A DNA stretch of 64,000 nt from Candidatus Bathyarchaeota archaeon (GTDB lineage Archaea; Thermoproteota; Bathyarchaeia; Bathyarchaeales; DTEX01). Of the stretch, positions 54,853-64,000 are shown one piece after another. The stretch spans positions 132 to 64,131 of the forward strand of contig JAGTQB010000008.1 in assembly GCA_018396995.1 (NCBI GenBank). Reading direction: 5' to 3'. Made by a program: the position numbers and the translations under genes. The notes below the pieces were generated by a model that had not been told where the DNA came from, did no database searches, and worked only from the letters and a program-made list of their open reading frames with translations. The number at the start of each line of letters is the position of its first letter. Within the stretch, counting starts at the first letter, position 1.

Positions 54853-55203
54853 TTAAGCATATTTTTTGCATCTATAGCAGTACCATCTCTGGTACTGCTG
54901 TATCCAAGTGAGCGGTCCATTACAGGTTGGGCAGAGCGGCGTCTGGGATGACGGAGGCTGCTGTCTCTCAACGGTAAGCGCTGGGCGCTGCTTTAGTAGA
55001 ACAAAGTCTCCAACAGCCTGAACCTCTTCCCAAGGAACCTCTTTCATTGAACCATCTTTACCCTCTATGCACAGCGATATTCCCGATCTCCCAACAACAA
55101 AGCTTATATCCTTAACAGTTCCCACAAGATATCCATCTCCATCAATAACCTGCATCCCAATTAGACGCTCTCTCGTCACGCTTCTATCTCTTGCCTGTGA
55201 CAT
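54853..55203 (-). CDS. PRC-barrel domain protein with C-terminal zinc ribbon
   Basis: LIGMQVIDGDGYLVGTVKDISFVV..G (PRC barrel) and CPTCNGPLTWIQQYQRWYCYRCKKY. Confidence 0.65.
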   Translation of the reverse strand: MSQARDRSVTRERLIGMQVIDGDGYLVGTVKDISFVVGRSGISLCIEGKDGSMKEVPWEEVQAVGDFVLLKQRPALTVERQQPPSSQTPLCPTCNGPLTWIQQYQRWYCYRCKKYA

Positions 55204-55311
55204 AACATTAACTCCAATGGCTTTAAAAATTTATAAAACATAACAGCAATTTAAGACTTGCCTTAAATGCATAGAAAGTTTAATATAGAAATAAAATCAT
55301 AAGAAAGAAGT

Positions 55312-55989
55312 ATGTCGGTATCAGTAGAATCAATTAGTAAAGGCTTTGATACGTTGGCGAAAAATCCACTGTTATTAGTCCCCTATGCCGCTCCAATTAT
55401 CATTAAAATAGTCTTCGATGTATTAGCCCATCTCTTTCCTCTACGATATTATTTTGGGCCCTTCCTCATCGCCGAAGTCCCTAATCCATCCATAATCCTG
55501 CTCGGCTCCATCATCGCAGGGATAGTGGGCTTTGTAGCAGCCTGCGTACTTGTAGACATGACCTATGATTTCCTTAGCGGCAGGCCTGCAAATTTAAGCA
55601 AAAGTCTAAACTATGTGATGAATAGAATAGGCGTATTAATTGTTGTATCCATAATTGCGGCCATATTAGGCATCACCATAATTCTACTACCAGTAGCAAT
55701 GTTTATCGTAGTTGTAACCATTATTGAGGGAACAGACATCGTTGAGAGCATTAAAAGAGCATTCAGTTTCGCAATAAATAATATCGGTGAAATAATAGTC
55801 TTTATAATTATCGTTATAGTCGTGGAGTTAATCTTCTCATTCGGTTTTTCATTAATCCCCATTGTTGGATCATATATTGGAACAATTATAGGTTGGATTC
55901 TAAGCGCAATATTCACCATCTCAGCAGTACACTTATATCTCACACTAAGACAGCTACCTCCTCCGCCCCCTCCACCTCCTCCCCCATAA
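55312..55989 (+). CDS. polytopic membrane protein ending in an 11-residue polyproline tail
   Basis: About 6 TM helices. C-terminus ..LRQLPPPPPPPPPPP encoded by CCT CCT CCG CCC CCT CCA CCT CCT CCC CCA. Confidence 0.55.
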   Translation: MSVSVESISKGFDTLAKNPLLLVPYAAPIIIKIVFDVLAHLFPLRYYFGPFLIAEVPNPSIILLGSIIAGIVGFVAACVLVDMTYDFLSGRPANLSKSLNYVMNRIGVLIVVSIIAAILGITIILLPVAMFIVVVTIIEGTDIVESIKRAFSFAINNIGEIIVFIIIVIVVELIFSFGFSLIPIVGSYIGTIIGWILSAIFTISAVHLYLTLRQLPPPPPPPPPP

Positions 55990-56196
55990 AACACACTGAA
56001 CCCCAATATTATTCAGAGGAGATATTCAGCCAACACGATAGCAATAAAAGTAAAAATCTTTGACACTAACTTTGAGAGGGTTTTATCTCTAAACCTCATT
56101 CGTTAATTCATATTGGGAAGTCTATATGCTTAACCCTTTACTCTAAGAATATTCTATGATTTTATGGAACAATAATATTTATGGGGGTATCGTCGT

Positions 56197-56697
56197 TTGG
56201 AGAAATTAAAGCCTAAATTTGGCGTCGGTGTAGTGTTAGGGAGCAATGTTCAATTAGGCACCGGAGTGGTCATATGGAACTATGTTGTGATAGGCGATAA
56301 TACTATAGTGGGCGATGAAACTAAAATTGGAAGTTTCTGCGACATAGGAAGGAACGTCGTCATAGGCAAAAAATGTAATATTCAAGCACATGTAACAATC
56401 GCGAATGGTTGTAGAATTGGTGATAACGTATTCATAGGTCCAAACGTTTCAATTCTAAATGATAAGTATCCTGTAAGCGAGCGAATAAAGCCGCCAGTTA
56501 TAGGCAATGATGTTGTAATTGGTGGGGGAGCAATAATATTACCAAACATAATCATAGGTAATGGAGCAGTAATAGCAGCTGGAAGCGTGGTCACAAGAGA
56601 TGTAAAACCACAGACCGTAGTTAAAGGAATTCCGGCAAGGAAATTTATGAGTAAAAGAGAATACGAAATTAAAAAATCATTATTTAATGGTGATTAA
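56197..56697 (+). CDS. left-handed beta-helix (hexapeptide repeat) acetyltransferase, WbpD/NeuD-like
   Basis: Repeated [LIV]G.. hexapeptides throughout (VIGDNTIVGDETKIGSF.., IGDNVFIGPNV..). 166 aa. Confidence 0.75.
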   Translation: MEKLKPKFGVGVVLGSNVQLGTGVVIWNYVVIGDNTIVGDETKIGSFCDIGRNVVIGKKCNIQAHVTIANGCRIGDNVFIGPNVSILNDKYPVSERIKPPVIGNDVVIGGGAIILPNIIIGNGAVIAAGSVVTRDVKPQTVVKGIPARKFMSKREYEIKKSLFNGD

Positions 56698-57691
56698 CAT
56701 CAACAATATTCCTAACAAGGTTTTCAATTAGATCGAGTGGGTTCTCAAGCTCGTCAAGAAGATTATTGATGTCAAAGCGCTTCCCAATATACTTTTTAGC
56801 GTACTCCATGATTTCTTCAGGCTTAATGGTAAATATCGGGAAGCCTCTTTCCGCTAAGTAATCATTCACATGTATCTTACCAAAGATGTTGATTACGATG
56901 CTAGGCGTACCAGACAAAGCAGCTTCCCTAGAGATTGTTCCACCAGCACTTACGACAAGATCTGCTTGTGAAGCTAAGCTTGCCGAATCCACAAAGCCTC
57001 TCGGCACAATTAAGCCTTTTCTACGCTTTCTTTCATATCTACTCAAATATAATACGCAACCAAGTGAGGACAGCTTCCTCGCAATTTCCTCCATTATATC
57101 ACTGCTACCTAAAGCGTACGTTGCTTTAACTTCGCTCTGTCTCACTACTATTAATGGTCTCTTTAAATCAAATCTCATGAGGGGCTTAAAATTTTTCATC
57201 CAAGCAACCTCGTCAACGCCTTCAAATTGGATTATGTTCTTGGCGCCGTATCCCGAAATTATCTCTTTTGGGATAGCTTTTGATGCTATTACCGTAGTTG
57301 CCAATGGAATTGAGAGTCTATTTACTGCGTCAGCATGTGGAGTATCAAATGTATATATTATCGGTATTCTGAGACCAAAGGCCACACGACACAGATCGGC
57401 TGAGGCGTGGCAAATAGCGCACCTCGGAGGATCTTTATGAAACATTTTAGAAAGCGTTATCTGTCTCTTTAAACTTTCATAGAGTCTTGTATATAATGTT
57501 CTTGTATCATATCTTCCAACGACCTTAAAATCTATGCCTAGATACTCTGCTAAGGGTATTGTATCTGGATGCTTTCTTACTGTAAATATTACCTTATACC
57601 CTCTACCCTCTAAACGCTTCTTTACCTCAGCTCCATATCGGACCTGCTTTCCTGTGCATGCATCGTACCATATCTTCATGAACCCCACCAA
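56684..57691 (-). CDS. DUF354 family protein (GT-B / UDP-GlcNAc 2-epimerase-like fold)
   Basis: N-terminus MKIWYDACTGKQVRY...GYKVIFTVRKH, typical of archaeal DUF354. About 330 aa. Confidence 0.55.
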   Translation of the reverse strand: MVGFMKIWYDACTGKQVRYGAEVKKRLEGRGYKVIFTVRKHPDTIPLAEYLGIDFKVVGRYDTRTLYTRLYESLKRQITLSKMFHKDPPRCAICHASADLCRVAFGLRIPIIYTFDTPHADAVNRLSIPLATTVIASKAIPKEIISGYGAKNIIQFEGVDEVAWMKNFKPLMRFDLKRPLIVVRQSEVKATYALGSSDIMEEIARKLSSLGCVLYLSRYERKRRKGLIVPRGFVDSASLASQADLVVSAGGTISREAALSGTPSIVINIFGKIHVNDYLAERGFPIFTIKPEEIMEYAKKYIGKRFDINNLLDELENPLDLIENLVRNIVDVNHH

Positions 57692-57693
57692 CT

Positions 57694-58587
57694 CTAAGTT
57701 ATCGAGACAATTACTGCAGCTGCCGTAGATATTGTGAAGAGAAGTGCTATAAGCGCAACGATTCTTCTTTCAGTTGTCGGGTAATAGTAGGCTATTAAAG
57801 TTACGAGACTCCTCTTGTGACTTGCCTTTAGTGTTAATCCATTCATTGTGAGTTTTGGTCTCCTTTTAAGGAAGAAGATGTTGATTATGATGAGGGCTGA
57901 ATTAAATATATATGGTAATATTGATATTGCCAGAGTTTGCTCTATGTTTGCTATTATTGCGTATGCCGCTAGGGTTACTCCGAAGGCAAATGATCCTATG
58001 TTTCCCACGAAGATCTTTCCCCTAAAATTATAGTAGGCTAAGAGATATAAGATAAGTATAGGAACGTATAATAGAGTGCTTTCCTTTCTGCCATGAATAA
58101 TAGATGTTATGACTAGACCCGTTAAGATTATTGAGGGGCAGATTGTTTCAAGACCGTTCAATCCGCCGAGCTGATTAACCACATTAGTTGTTATGGTTAC
58201 TATTAGTGGAACTATAATAAAGTAGTAGGCTGGTCCAAAGTCCATTTTGCCAAAGATATATGTGCTCATCGTAGTTTCCCCTTCGCGGATAACGACTAGC
58301 GGTATTGCGGCTATGAGCGGAAATAACGCTTTATACCTCCATCTAATGTCCATCCAATCATCCAATAATCCCATGAAACCACCAAACAGAATGCAGGAGG
58401 CTAAGGTTAATGCTGAGGGTTTATCCCAACCTTCTATAGTCCATGTTTGAAGACCATGAACGATAAATAAGTATATCACAGAAACTATGACATATATCAC
58501 GCCTAGACCATTAGGAACAAGCGGCCTACCAGGCTTATGTTCATCCGGAGCTTTAGGAAACTTTTTTAGCATAACTAGCCACTTCAT
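57694..58587 (-). CDS. polyprenyl-phosphate GlcNAc-1-phosphate transferase (GT4 / MraY-WecA family, AglH-like)
   Basis: Polytopic membrane protein with LLDDWMDI and VNQLGGLNGLE motifs. Confidence 0.75.
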   Translation of the reverse strand: MKWLVMLKKFPKAPDEHKPGRPLVPNGLGVIYVIVSVIYLFIVHGLQTWTIEGWDKPSALTLASCILFGGFMGLLDDWMDIRWRYKALFPLIAAIPLVVIREGETTMSTYIFGKMDFGPAYYFIIVPLIVTITTNVVNQLGGLNGLETICPSIILTGLVITSIIHGRKESTLLYVPILILYLLAYYNFRGKIFVGNIGSFAFGVTLAAYAIIANIEQTLAISILPYIFNSALIIINIFFLKRRPKLTMNGLTLKASHKRSLVTLIAYYYPTTERRIVALIALLFTISTAAAVIVSIT

Positions 58588-58699
58588 TTAAGTCTGAGTG
58601 CAGTATATTAGACTTAGACAACAAAATTATCTTTAAAATTTTTCTTTAGTTTAGGCATAAATGTTACGTATCACATGTGGCTGAGCGAGTTGAAGCATC

Positions 58700-60178
58700 T
58701 TGACTGAGGATAGCATTAGGCTTAGATACGCGGGTCTCATTTTATTCCTGTCTAGAATAGTCAGTATTGGAACGGGGTTAATCTTCACTCTATTAATTAC
58801 AAGAAACATCACTCCTAAGGACTATGGCATTTATGGAAATATTGGAGACGTATTGGCTTATTTCACAATAATCTCGACAACAATACCATTTTGGGTAACA
58901 AGGTTTGAGGCGAGGCGCTGGCCCGGTTCCTTTAAAACAGGCTTTGTAATAAACTCCTTAGTCGGCTTAGTTTCCACAGCGTTATACTTACTTTTCATAA
59001 TGAATATCATCTTCACATTAAATATTGATCTAGAATATACGCCAGTATATTTAGTTGCTGCGATGATAATTTTTGAGGGCCACGTCCTCTCGGTGCTTGA
59101 AGCAGCGTTATACTCATGGCGCCCAGAGAAGATTGGATTTGGGTTCCTCATCTTTGAGACTAGTAAGGTGGCTTTAGGCACTCTGCTCCTTTACATCTTA
59201 AGGATGGGGTTAATGGGCGCCATAGTCTCAGTAATATTTGCATCATTGTGCCAAATCATATTTTATGCGGTGCTATTGCTCCAAAAATTTAAGGAGAAGA
59301 TCGTCTGGGCTTACGTAAGAGAGTGGGTTAAGGCATCCTTGTTAAACATTTATGGTATAATAGGTGATAGGCTACTTGTCCTTGCAAACATATTTCTATT
59401 TGTTTATGGCGGCGAGTTACCAAGAGCTTATTATGGCGCTTCATCATCTATAGCTTCAATAGTGGCATACTCAACCTCATTGGCATTTGCCCTCTACCCA
59501 AGGCTCTTAGCTGGGGCTAATCCAGAAGACATCTCCCTTTCCCTAAAAATGGTCTTTATGTTCGCTATACCAATGTTTTTTGGCGCGGTGATTCTTTCAA
59601 AAGATCTTCTCTCGATACTTAACCCCATTTATGGCGCCGCAGCACCAATCCTAATTGTTCTAGCACTAAGCTCCCTTATTTCTGCAGCATCCTCGATCTT
59701 TGAAACAGTCATAACTGGAACTGAGAATTTTGATGTTATGGCAAGAGTCTCTATTATGAGCGTATTTAGGAGCAAGCTATTCCCGTTATTGACACTGCGC
59801 TATATACAGGCAGCAATTATCCTCCCACCTATATACCTTTTATTATCATCATTTCCATTAGACAGCGTTTCGTTAACCTTTTATTTCGCCTCAATATGCT
59901 GCGTAGGGCAAATCATCACAACCCTAATTAAATTAATTATGGCTGAAAAGTGTATAACATTTGTAATTCCATGGAGGAGCTTAGTAAAGTATGTTTGCTC
60001 CTCAATCGTGATGGCTCTATTTTTGCTTACTTTCTCAATGCCGCCTAGACTAATAATAGTTTTCCTGAGAATATTTAGTGGCGCAGTAATATACTTTACT
60101 ATGTTATTTATAGTCGATGATGAGACAAGGGGGGTCATTAGATTAGTGAGTAAAAGGTTGTTAGAACGTTTGCCATAA
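58700..60178 (+). CDS. MOP-superfamily oligosaccharide flippase (Wzx-like)
   Basis: 492 aa with about 12-14 TM helices and the typical polysaccharide-biosynthesis-protein N-terminus. Confidence 0.65.
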   Translation: MTEDSIRLRYAGLILFLSRIVSIGTGLIFTLLITRNITPKDYGIYGNIGDVLAYFTIISTTIPFWVTRFEARRWPGSFKTGFVINSLVGLVSTALYLLFIMNIIFTLNIDLEYTPVYLVAAMIIFEGHVLSVLEAALYSWRPEKIGFGFLIFETSKVALGTLLLYILRMGLMGAIVSVIFASLCQIIFYAVLLLQKFKEKIVWAYVREWVKASLLNIYGIIGDRLLVLANIFLFVYGGELPRAYYGASSSIASIVAYSTSLAFALYPRLLAGANPEDISLSLKMVFMFAIPMFFGAVILSKDLLSILNPIYGAAAPILIVLALSSLISAASSIFETVITGTENFDVMARVSIMSVFRSKLFPLLTLRYIQAAIILPPIYLLLSSFPLDSVSLTFYFASICCVGQIITTLIKLIMAEKCITFVIPWRSLVKYVCSSIVMALFLLTFSMPPRLIIVFLRIFSGAVIYFTMLFIVDDETRGVIRLVSKRLLERLP

Positions 60179-60181
60179 GTA

Positions 60182-61045
60182 GTGGTGGGCGGCATGCGTC
60201 TCAGAGAGAAGCTCGCGGGTACTTTCAGCCCCAATGAGCTAAAAATGCTTTATAATTCGTTTGATATTGTTGGGGACATAGCTATTCTTAGACTTCCAAA
60301 AGCCCTTGAGAGTAGAGGCGAAGTGATCGCTGAAGCTGTTATGCAAATAAATAAGCATGTGAGGACTGTTTTATGTCAGGTGGGGCCAGTCTCTGGGGAA
60401 CATCGGCTCCGAGAGCTTAAGTGGTTATTGGGGGAGAAGAAGACAGAAACAATCCATAGGGAACATGGCTGCTTATTTAAAGTCGACTTAGCTAAATGTT
60501 ACTTTTCACCAAGGCTCTTATATGAGCGTATGAGAATTGCAAGGCAAGTTAATCCGGGTGAAGTGATAGTTAACATGTTCGCTGGCGTGGGCTGCTTCTC
60601 AATAATAATCGCTAAATATTCCAGGGCTAGGAAAATATACTCAATTGATATTAATCCGGACGCTGTTAAATACATGCAAGCAAACATTGTACTTAATAAA
60701 GTCGAGGATATTATTGAGGCTATTGAGGGAGACTCTAAGGAAGTTATTATCTCAAAGTTAAAGGGCGTTGCAGATAGGGTTCTAATGCCCTTACCAGAGA
60801 AGGCCTATGAATATTTAGACTATGCGTTGATGGCTCTAAAGTCAGCTGGCGGCATAATACATTACTATGACTTCGAACATGCTGGCAAGAATGAAGACCC
60901 AGTTGCAAAAGTTGCTGAAAAGGTTTCGAGGAAGCTTTTAAGCATGAAAGTGAACTTTAATGTGACCTTTGCTAGAATAGTTAGGACCGTTGGCCCAAGG
61001 TGGTATCAAATAGTTTTAGACATATTTATAACTGGAAAAGATTAA
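60182..61045 (+). CDS. trm5: tRNA (guanine37-N1)-methyltransferase Trm5 family (Trm5/Taw22-like)
   Basis: FDIVGDIAILRLP, VNMFAGVGCFSI (SAM motif I) and DINPDA (NPPY-like). Confidence 0.75.
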   Translation: MVGGMRLREKLAGTFSPNELKMLYNSFDIVGDIAILRLPKALESRGEVIAEAVMQINKHVRTVLCQVGPVSGEHRLRELKWLLGEKKTETIHREHGCLFKVDLAKCYFSPRLLYERMRIARQVNPGEVIVNMFAGVGCFSIIIAKYSRARKIYSIDINPDAVKYMQANIVLNKVEDIIEAIEGDSKEVIISKLKGVADRVLMPLPEKAYEYLDYALMALKSAGGIIHYYDFEHAGKNEDPVAKVAEKVSRKLLSMKVNFNVTFARIVRTVGPRWYQIVLDIFITGKD

Positions 61046-61072
61046 CATATTGTGAGCGGGCGTGTTTAGCCT

Positions 61073-61348
61073 ATGAAGAGGAGACTGATGGATATTCTCG
61101 CGTGCCCAATTGATAAGTATCACCCACTAGAACTTTATGTCTTTAAGGAGGAAGAAGAAGTAGTTGAAGGCATTATTGTCTGCCCAAAGTGCCTACGTTG
61201 GTATCCGATAAGGGATGAAATACCCGAAATGCTCCCGGATGAATTAAGGAACAGAAAGGAGGATATAGAGTTTTTAGTGAAGTGGAAGGAAAAGGTTCCC
61301 GAGCGGATATTGCTTGAGGGGAAGCCCTTTAACCTAAGCGAGAAATAG
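61073..61348 (+). CDS. trm112: Trm112-family zinc-ribbon protein
   Basis: LMDILACPIDK...IVCPKCLRWYPIRDEIPEML is the Trm112/UPF0434 signature. Confidence 0.75.
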   Translation: MKRRLMDILACPIDKYHPLELYVFKEEEEVVEGIIVCPKCLRWYPIRDEIPEMLPDELRNRKEDIEFLVKWKEKVPERILLEGKPFNLSEK

Positions 61349-61352
61349 TTGC

Positions 61353-62315
61353 CTACACCCATCTAATATCGATGACTTTCCCCTTAGCTGAAGATTCTAG
61401 CGCGGATTCTGCTATCTTTAAAGCCTTTATCCCGTCAATCCCGGAAACCAATGGTTCTTTATCATCCAGTACGCATTCAATGAAGTGTTTTAGCTCTATC
61501 TTAAGTGGCTCTTCCCACTCATGTCTGGGAATTAATGTTTCTTTAGGAGACTCTATTGATACTTCCTGCGTTATATAATCCAAGTTTATTATAGCTTCGC
61601 TTCCCGTAACTGTGAGTTTCCTAATTTTATATGGTGTGAGCCAATTGGCTTCAATAAGGGCTGTTTTACCGCTTGGGAAGGAAAGCATTATATAGGCGAA
61701 ATCCTCGAACCTCTCATGTTTTAAGCGCCCAACTCTCGCATAAACTGATGTGGGATCCTCGCCAAGCAGGAAGCGAATAATATCTATATCGTGTATAGCC
61801 GTATCCTTCACCACGCCAACATCACCTATCCTCTCGGGCCATCTTGAAACCCTCTTAGTCGTAACCGATATTGGGGTGCCTATAACCCCACCCTCAATTA
61901 TTTCCTTAACTCTCCTAACCCCCGGGTTAAACCTCTCTATGAAGCCAACTTGCAGTTTAAGCCGATTTCTCTGGGCCATTTTAAAGATTTGCCACGCCTC
62001 TTCAGATGAGCTCGCCATGGGCTTCTCGATAAATACATGCTTATCCATTTTAAGGGCTTTAACGGCCTCTTCGGCAAGCCTAGAAGACCACACGCATATT
62101 GTTACTGCGTCTATCTCCTCACGCTTATACATGTCCATACTGTCAACATATGGCTTTAACCCATACTTTATTGAGATGGACTCCGCCCTCTCCCTATCTA
62201 TGTCACATACGGCCACTAGATCGACCTCCGGGATCTCACTTAAAACTCTAACATGGTTTTTACCCCAAAAGCCCGCTCCAATAACGGCTACTTTTACCCT
62301 CCTCATCTTGTCCAT
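61353..62315 (-). CDS. Gfo/Idh/MocA-family NAD-dependent sugar-nucleotide oxidoreductase (WbpB-like)
   Basis: N-terminal Rossmann VAVIGAGFWGKNH and an EKP motif (VFIEKPMA). Confidence 0.75.
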   Translation of the reverse strand: MDKMRRVKVAVIGAGFWGKNHVRVLSEIPEVDLVAVCDIDRERAESISIKYGLKPYVDSMDMYKREEIDAVTICVWSSRLAEEAVKALKMDKHVFIEKPMASSSEEAWQIFKMAQRNRLKLQVGFIERFNPGVRRVKEIIEGGVIGTPISVTTKRVSRWPERIGDVGVVKDTAIHDIDIIRFLLGEDPTSVYARVGRLKHERFEDFAYIMLSFPSGKTALIEANWLTPYKIRKLTVTGSEAIINLDYITQEVSIESPKETLIPRHEWEEPLKIELKHFIECVLDDKEPLVSGIDGIKALKIAESALESSAKGKVIDIRWV

Positions 62316-63682
62316 ACCCCTCTTCCAAGACCACGATATATGAAACCTTCCTCCTCAGCTCTTCGTGGATCAACTACATAGGCTAAATCAACTATTGCAG
62401 GAGGCTTCTTCATTAATACACTTATCCTCCCTAAATTAAGGCGCTTAAATCTTTCATGGCCTACCGCTATAACTATACAGTCAACCCCCTCTATAGTTTT
62501 ACTTAGACTCCCCCCGGCTGGCAAATTGGCATCCCTTAATTCCGCTGGGGAGTAAAATGGATCGAAAACTTTAACCTCAGCACCCTTACTCTGGAGAAGA
62601 TTAATTAAGCTTATTACCAAGGAGCCTTTAATCTCCTTAATATTCGGTTTATAAGACACGCCAAGCACAGCAATCCTAGATTTCCTAATAGTTTTGTTCA
62701 TCGCATTAAAAGCACTTTTGATTAGATTTAAAGCCCTTTTTATAGACTCATCATTCACTTTTCTAGCCAGGAGGGGGATTCTAAGCTTGATGCCAATATT
62801 CTCAGCCTCACTAATTAGGAGATATGGGTCCTTAGGTATATGCCCCCCAACCAAGCCTGGCTTAAGTAGATGACAGTAGGGCTGCGTATTAGCTGCTGCT
62901 TGAACCTCAGCATAATCCACCCCCATTTTCTCACAGAGTAATGCAAGCTCGTTAGAGAGGGCTAGATTAACATCTCGGTAAACGTTCTCGGCTAGCTTTG
63001 TTATCTCAGCGGCCCTAATACTGCTCAATTCAATTATTTCAGCCTTAATTATTGTCTTTAAGACGGCTTTTGCTGCCACTAGGCTCTGTTTATCTATAGC
63101 TGCCAACACCCTCGGGTAGCTAACCATGTCTTGGAGAACCCTGCCAACGCTAGCACGCACCGGACTAAAAGCTAAACCAAAGTCTTTTCCAGCCTTCAAT
63201 CCAGAGGATTTCTCTAAAGTATCTTTCACAAGACCTTCAGTTATCCCAGGACCAACGGTGCTCTCTAAAATAATAAGATTTCCAGGCTTGATATTCAGTC
63301 CAATGCTTTTACAAGCCCTCTCAAGGTTTGAGTAATCCGGCTTCTTCTTCTCATCTATAGGGGTATCAACAGCTATCACTATTATGTCACTCTCAGAGAA
63401 AGCCATATTTAAATCATTTGTCGCTGAAAGCAAACCCCTCAACAAACCTCTTCTTAAAAGATCCTCCAAGCCAGGTTCTAGGAAGGGGCTCTTCCCCGCA
63501 GATATTTGAGTAATTACATTTGAATTTATATCAAAGCATACTACTCTGAAACCAGCATCCGCAAATAAGCATGCCGTTGGCAGCCCAATCCTACCACAAC
63601 CAACAACCGTAATAACATGCTCCCTACGCCTCTCATATGATCCTAAAACCTCGTCATTAAGCATTAAACCCTCATAAGGCAT
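62303..63682 (-). CDS. UDP-sugar 6-dehydrogenase family (UDP-GlcNAc / UDP-ManNAc dehydrogenase, WbpA/WecC-like)
   Basis: VVGCGRIGLP Rossmann, central NPEFL-equivalent region FSPVR, and a C-terminal UDP-binding domain (LGVSYKPN). Confidence 0.8.
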   Translation of the reverse strand: MPYEGLMLNDEVLGSYERRREHVITVVGCGRIGLPTACLFADAGFRVVCFDINSNVITQISAGKSPFLEPGLEDLLRRGLLRGLLSATNDLNMAFSESDIIVIAVDTPIDEKKKPDYSNLERACKSIGLNIKPGNLIILESTVGPGITEGLVKDTLEKSSGLKAGKDFGLAFSPVRASVGRVLQDMVSYPRVLAAIDKQSLVAAKAVLKTIIKAEIIELSSIRAAEITKLAENVYRDVNLALSNELALLCEKMGVDYAEVQAAANTQPYCHLLKPGLVGGHIPKDPYLLISEAENIGIKLRIPLLARKVNDESIKRALNLIKSAFNAMNKTIRKSRIAVLGVSYKPNIKEIKGSLVISLINLLQSKGAEVKVFDPFYSPAELRDANLPAGGSLSKTIEGVDCIVIAVGHERFKRLNLGRISVLMKKPPAIVDLAYVVDPRRAEEEGFIYRGLGRGVWTR

Positions 63683-63813
63683 ACTCCCACCATCTACTCT
63701 TATAATCCAAAAATAAGTTTAAAGGTAATTTAAAAACTAAACCGATAAAAATTTAACCTGCAAAACAATTACTAAAAACTAGAAAAACTAATAAAATTGA
63801 AATTAAATTGATG

Positions 63814-63901
63814 GCGGGGGTTGCCAAGCCAGGTCAAAGGCGCAGCCCTGAGGCGGCTGTCCCGTAGGGGTTCGTGGGTTCAAATCCCACCCCCCGCACC
63901 A
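63814..63901 (+). tRNA. tRNA-Leu (GAG), long variable arm, CCA encoded
   Basis: GCGGGGG acceptor, anticodon arm CAGCC-CTGAGGC-GGCTG, variable arm TCCCGTAGGGGTTC, T arm GTGGG-TTCAAAT-CCCAC, then CCCCCGC-A-CCA. Confidence 0.9.
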
Positions 63902-64000
63902 TATCCTTTGCTCATTTTAGGCTTGTTTTTTGGCTGTTTTTGAGTAAGGAGTGAGCTTGATTCTTGCTTGGTTTTTGCATGGGTTTCTATTTTTATTTTT

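Noticed and set aside
1-64000. CRISPR arrays, rRNA genes, inteins, and pyrrolysine- or selenocysteine-type in-frame stops.
   Set aside because: I saw no regularly spaced direct repeats and no rRNA-like segments. Apart from pcm, I saw no interrupted conserved gene while reading the window. I did not run a formal repeat search.

Overview
This is an archaeal chromosomal window with dense, mostly housekeeping coding on both strands. All functional calls come from motif recognition in the supplied translations and my own reading of the DNA; no database search was possible.

Archaeal markers:
- RFC large and small subunits.
- The conserved rpo7(rpoE')-spt4-DUF359-rps24e-rps27ae block.
- FtsZ, Cgi121/KEOPS, FAU-1, archaeal-type TyrRS and MetRS, and CofE (F420).
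- Four CCA-encoding tRNA genes, one carrying a non-canonical bulge-helix-bulge (BHB) intron.
- Non-canonical tRNA introns together with FtsZ suggest a TACK/Thermoproteota-like lineage (for example Bathyarchaeia- or Korarchaeia-like). This is inference only.

The right third (about 50-64 kb) looks more accessory:
- A decayed integration hotspot sits around a divergent tRNA pair. It holds a TnpB remnant, a tyrosine-recombinase C-terminal fragment, and a DUF433/DUF5615 toxin-antitoxin remnant.
- It is followed by a corrinoid-type methyltransferase homolog, a large glycosidase-like protein, and a surface-glycan/N-glycosylation-type cluster.

Most notable observations:
1. The protein-L-isoaspartate methyltransferase gene (pcm) is split by a 32-nt element. 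The element folds into a textbook BHB splicing motif, and its predicted excision exactly restores the conserved ...GQTVSAPHMVAIM... reading frame. This makes it a candidate pre-mRNA intron in a new host gene.
2. tRNA-Asn(GTT) has a 33-nt BHB intron at position 30/31.
3. A four-CBS protein carries a C-terminal domain that resembles the bacterial HPF/YfiA ribosome-hibernation fold.
4. A small ribbon-helix-helix (RHH) gene overlaps the ftsZ start (cdrS-like synteny), and a paralog sits next to a long inverted-repeat element.
5. An unannotated C/D box sRNA lies in a region where the ORF track only offers weak ORFs.
6. rpo7 and metG have conserved N-termini that lie upstream of any ATG/GTG/TTG codon.

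No CRISPR array and no rRNA gene were seen.
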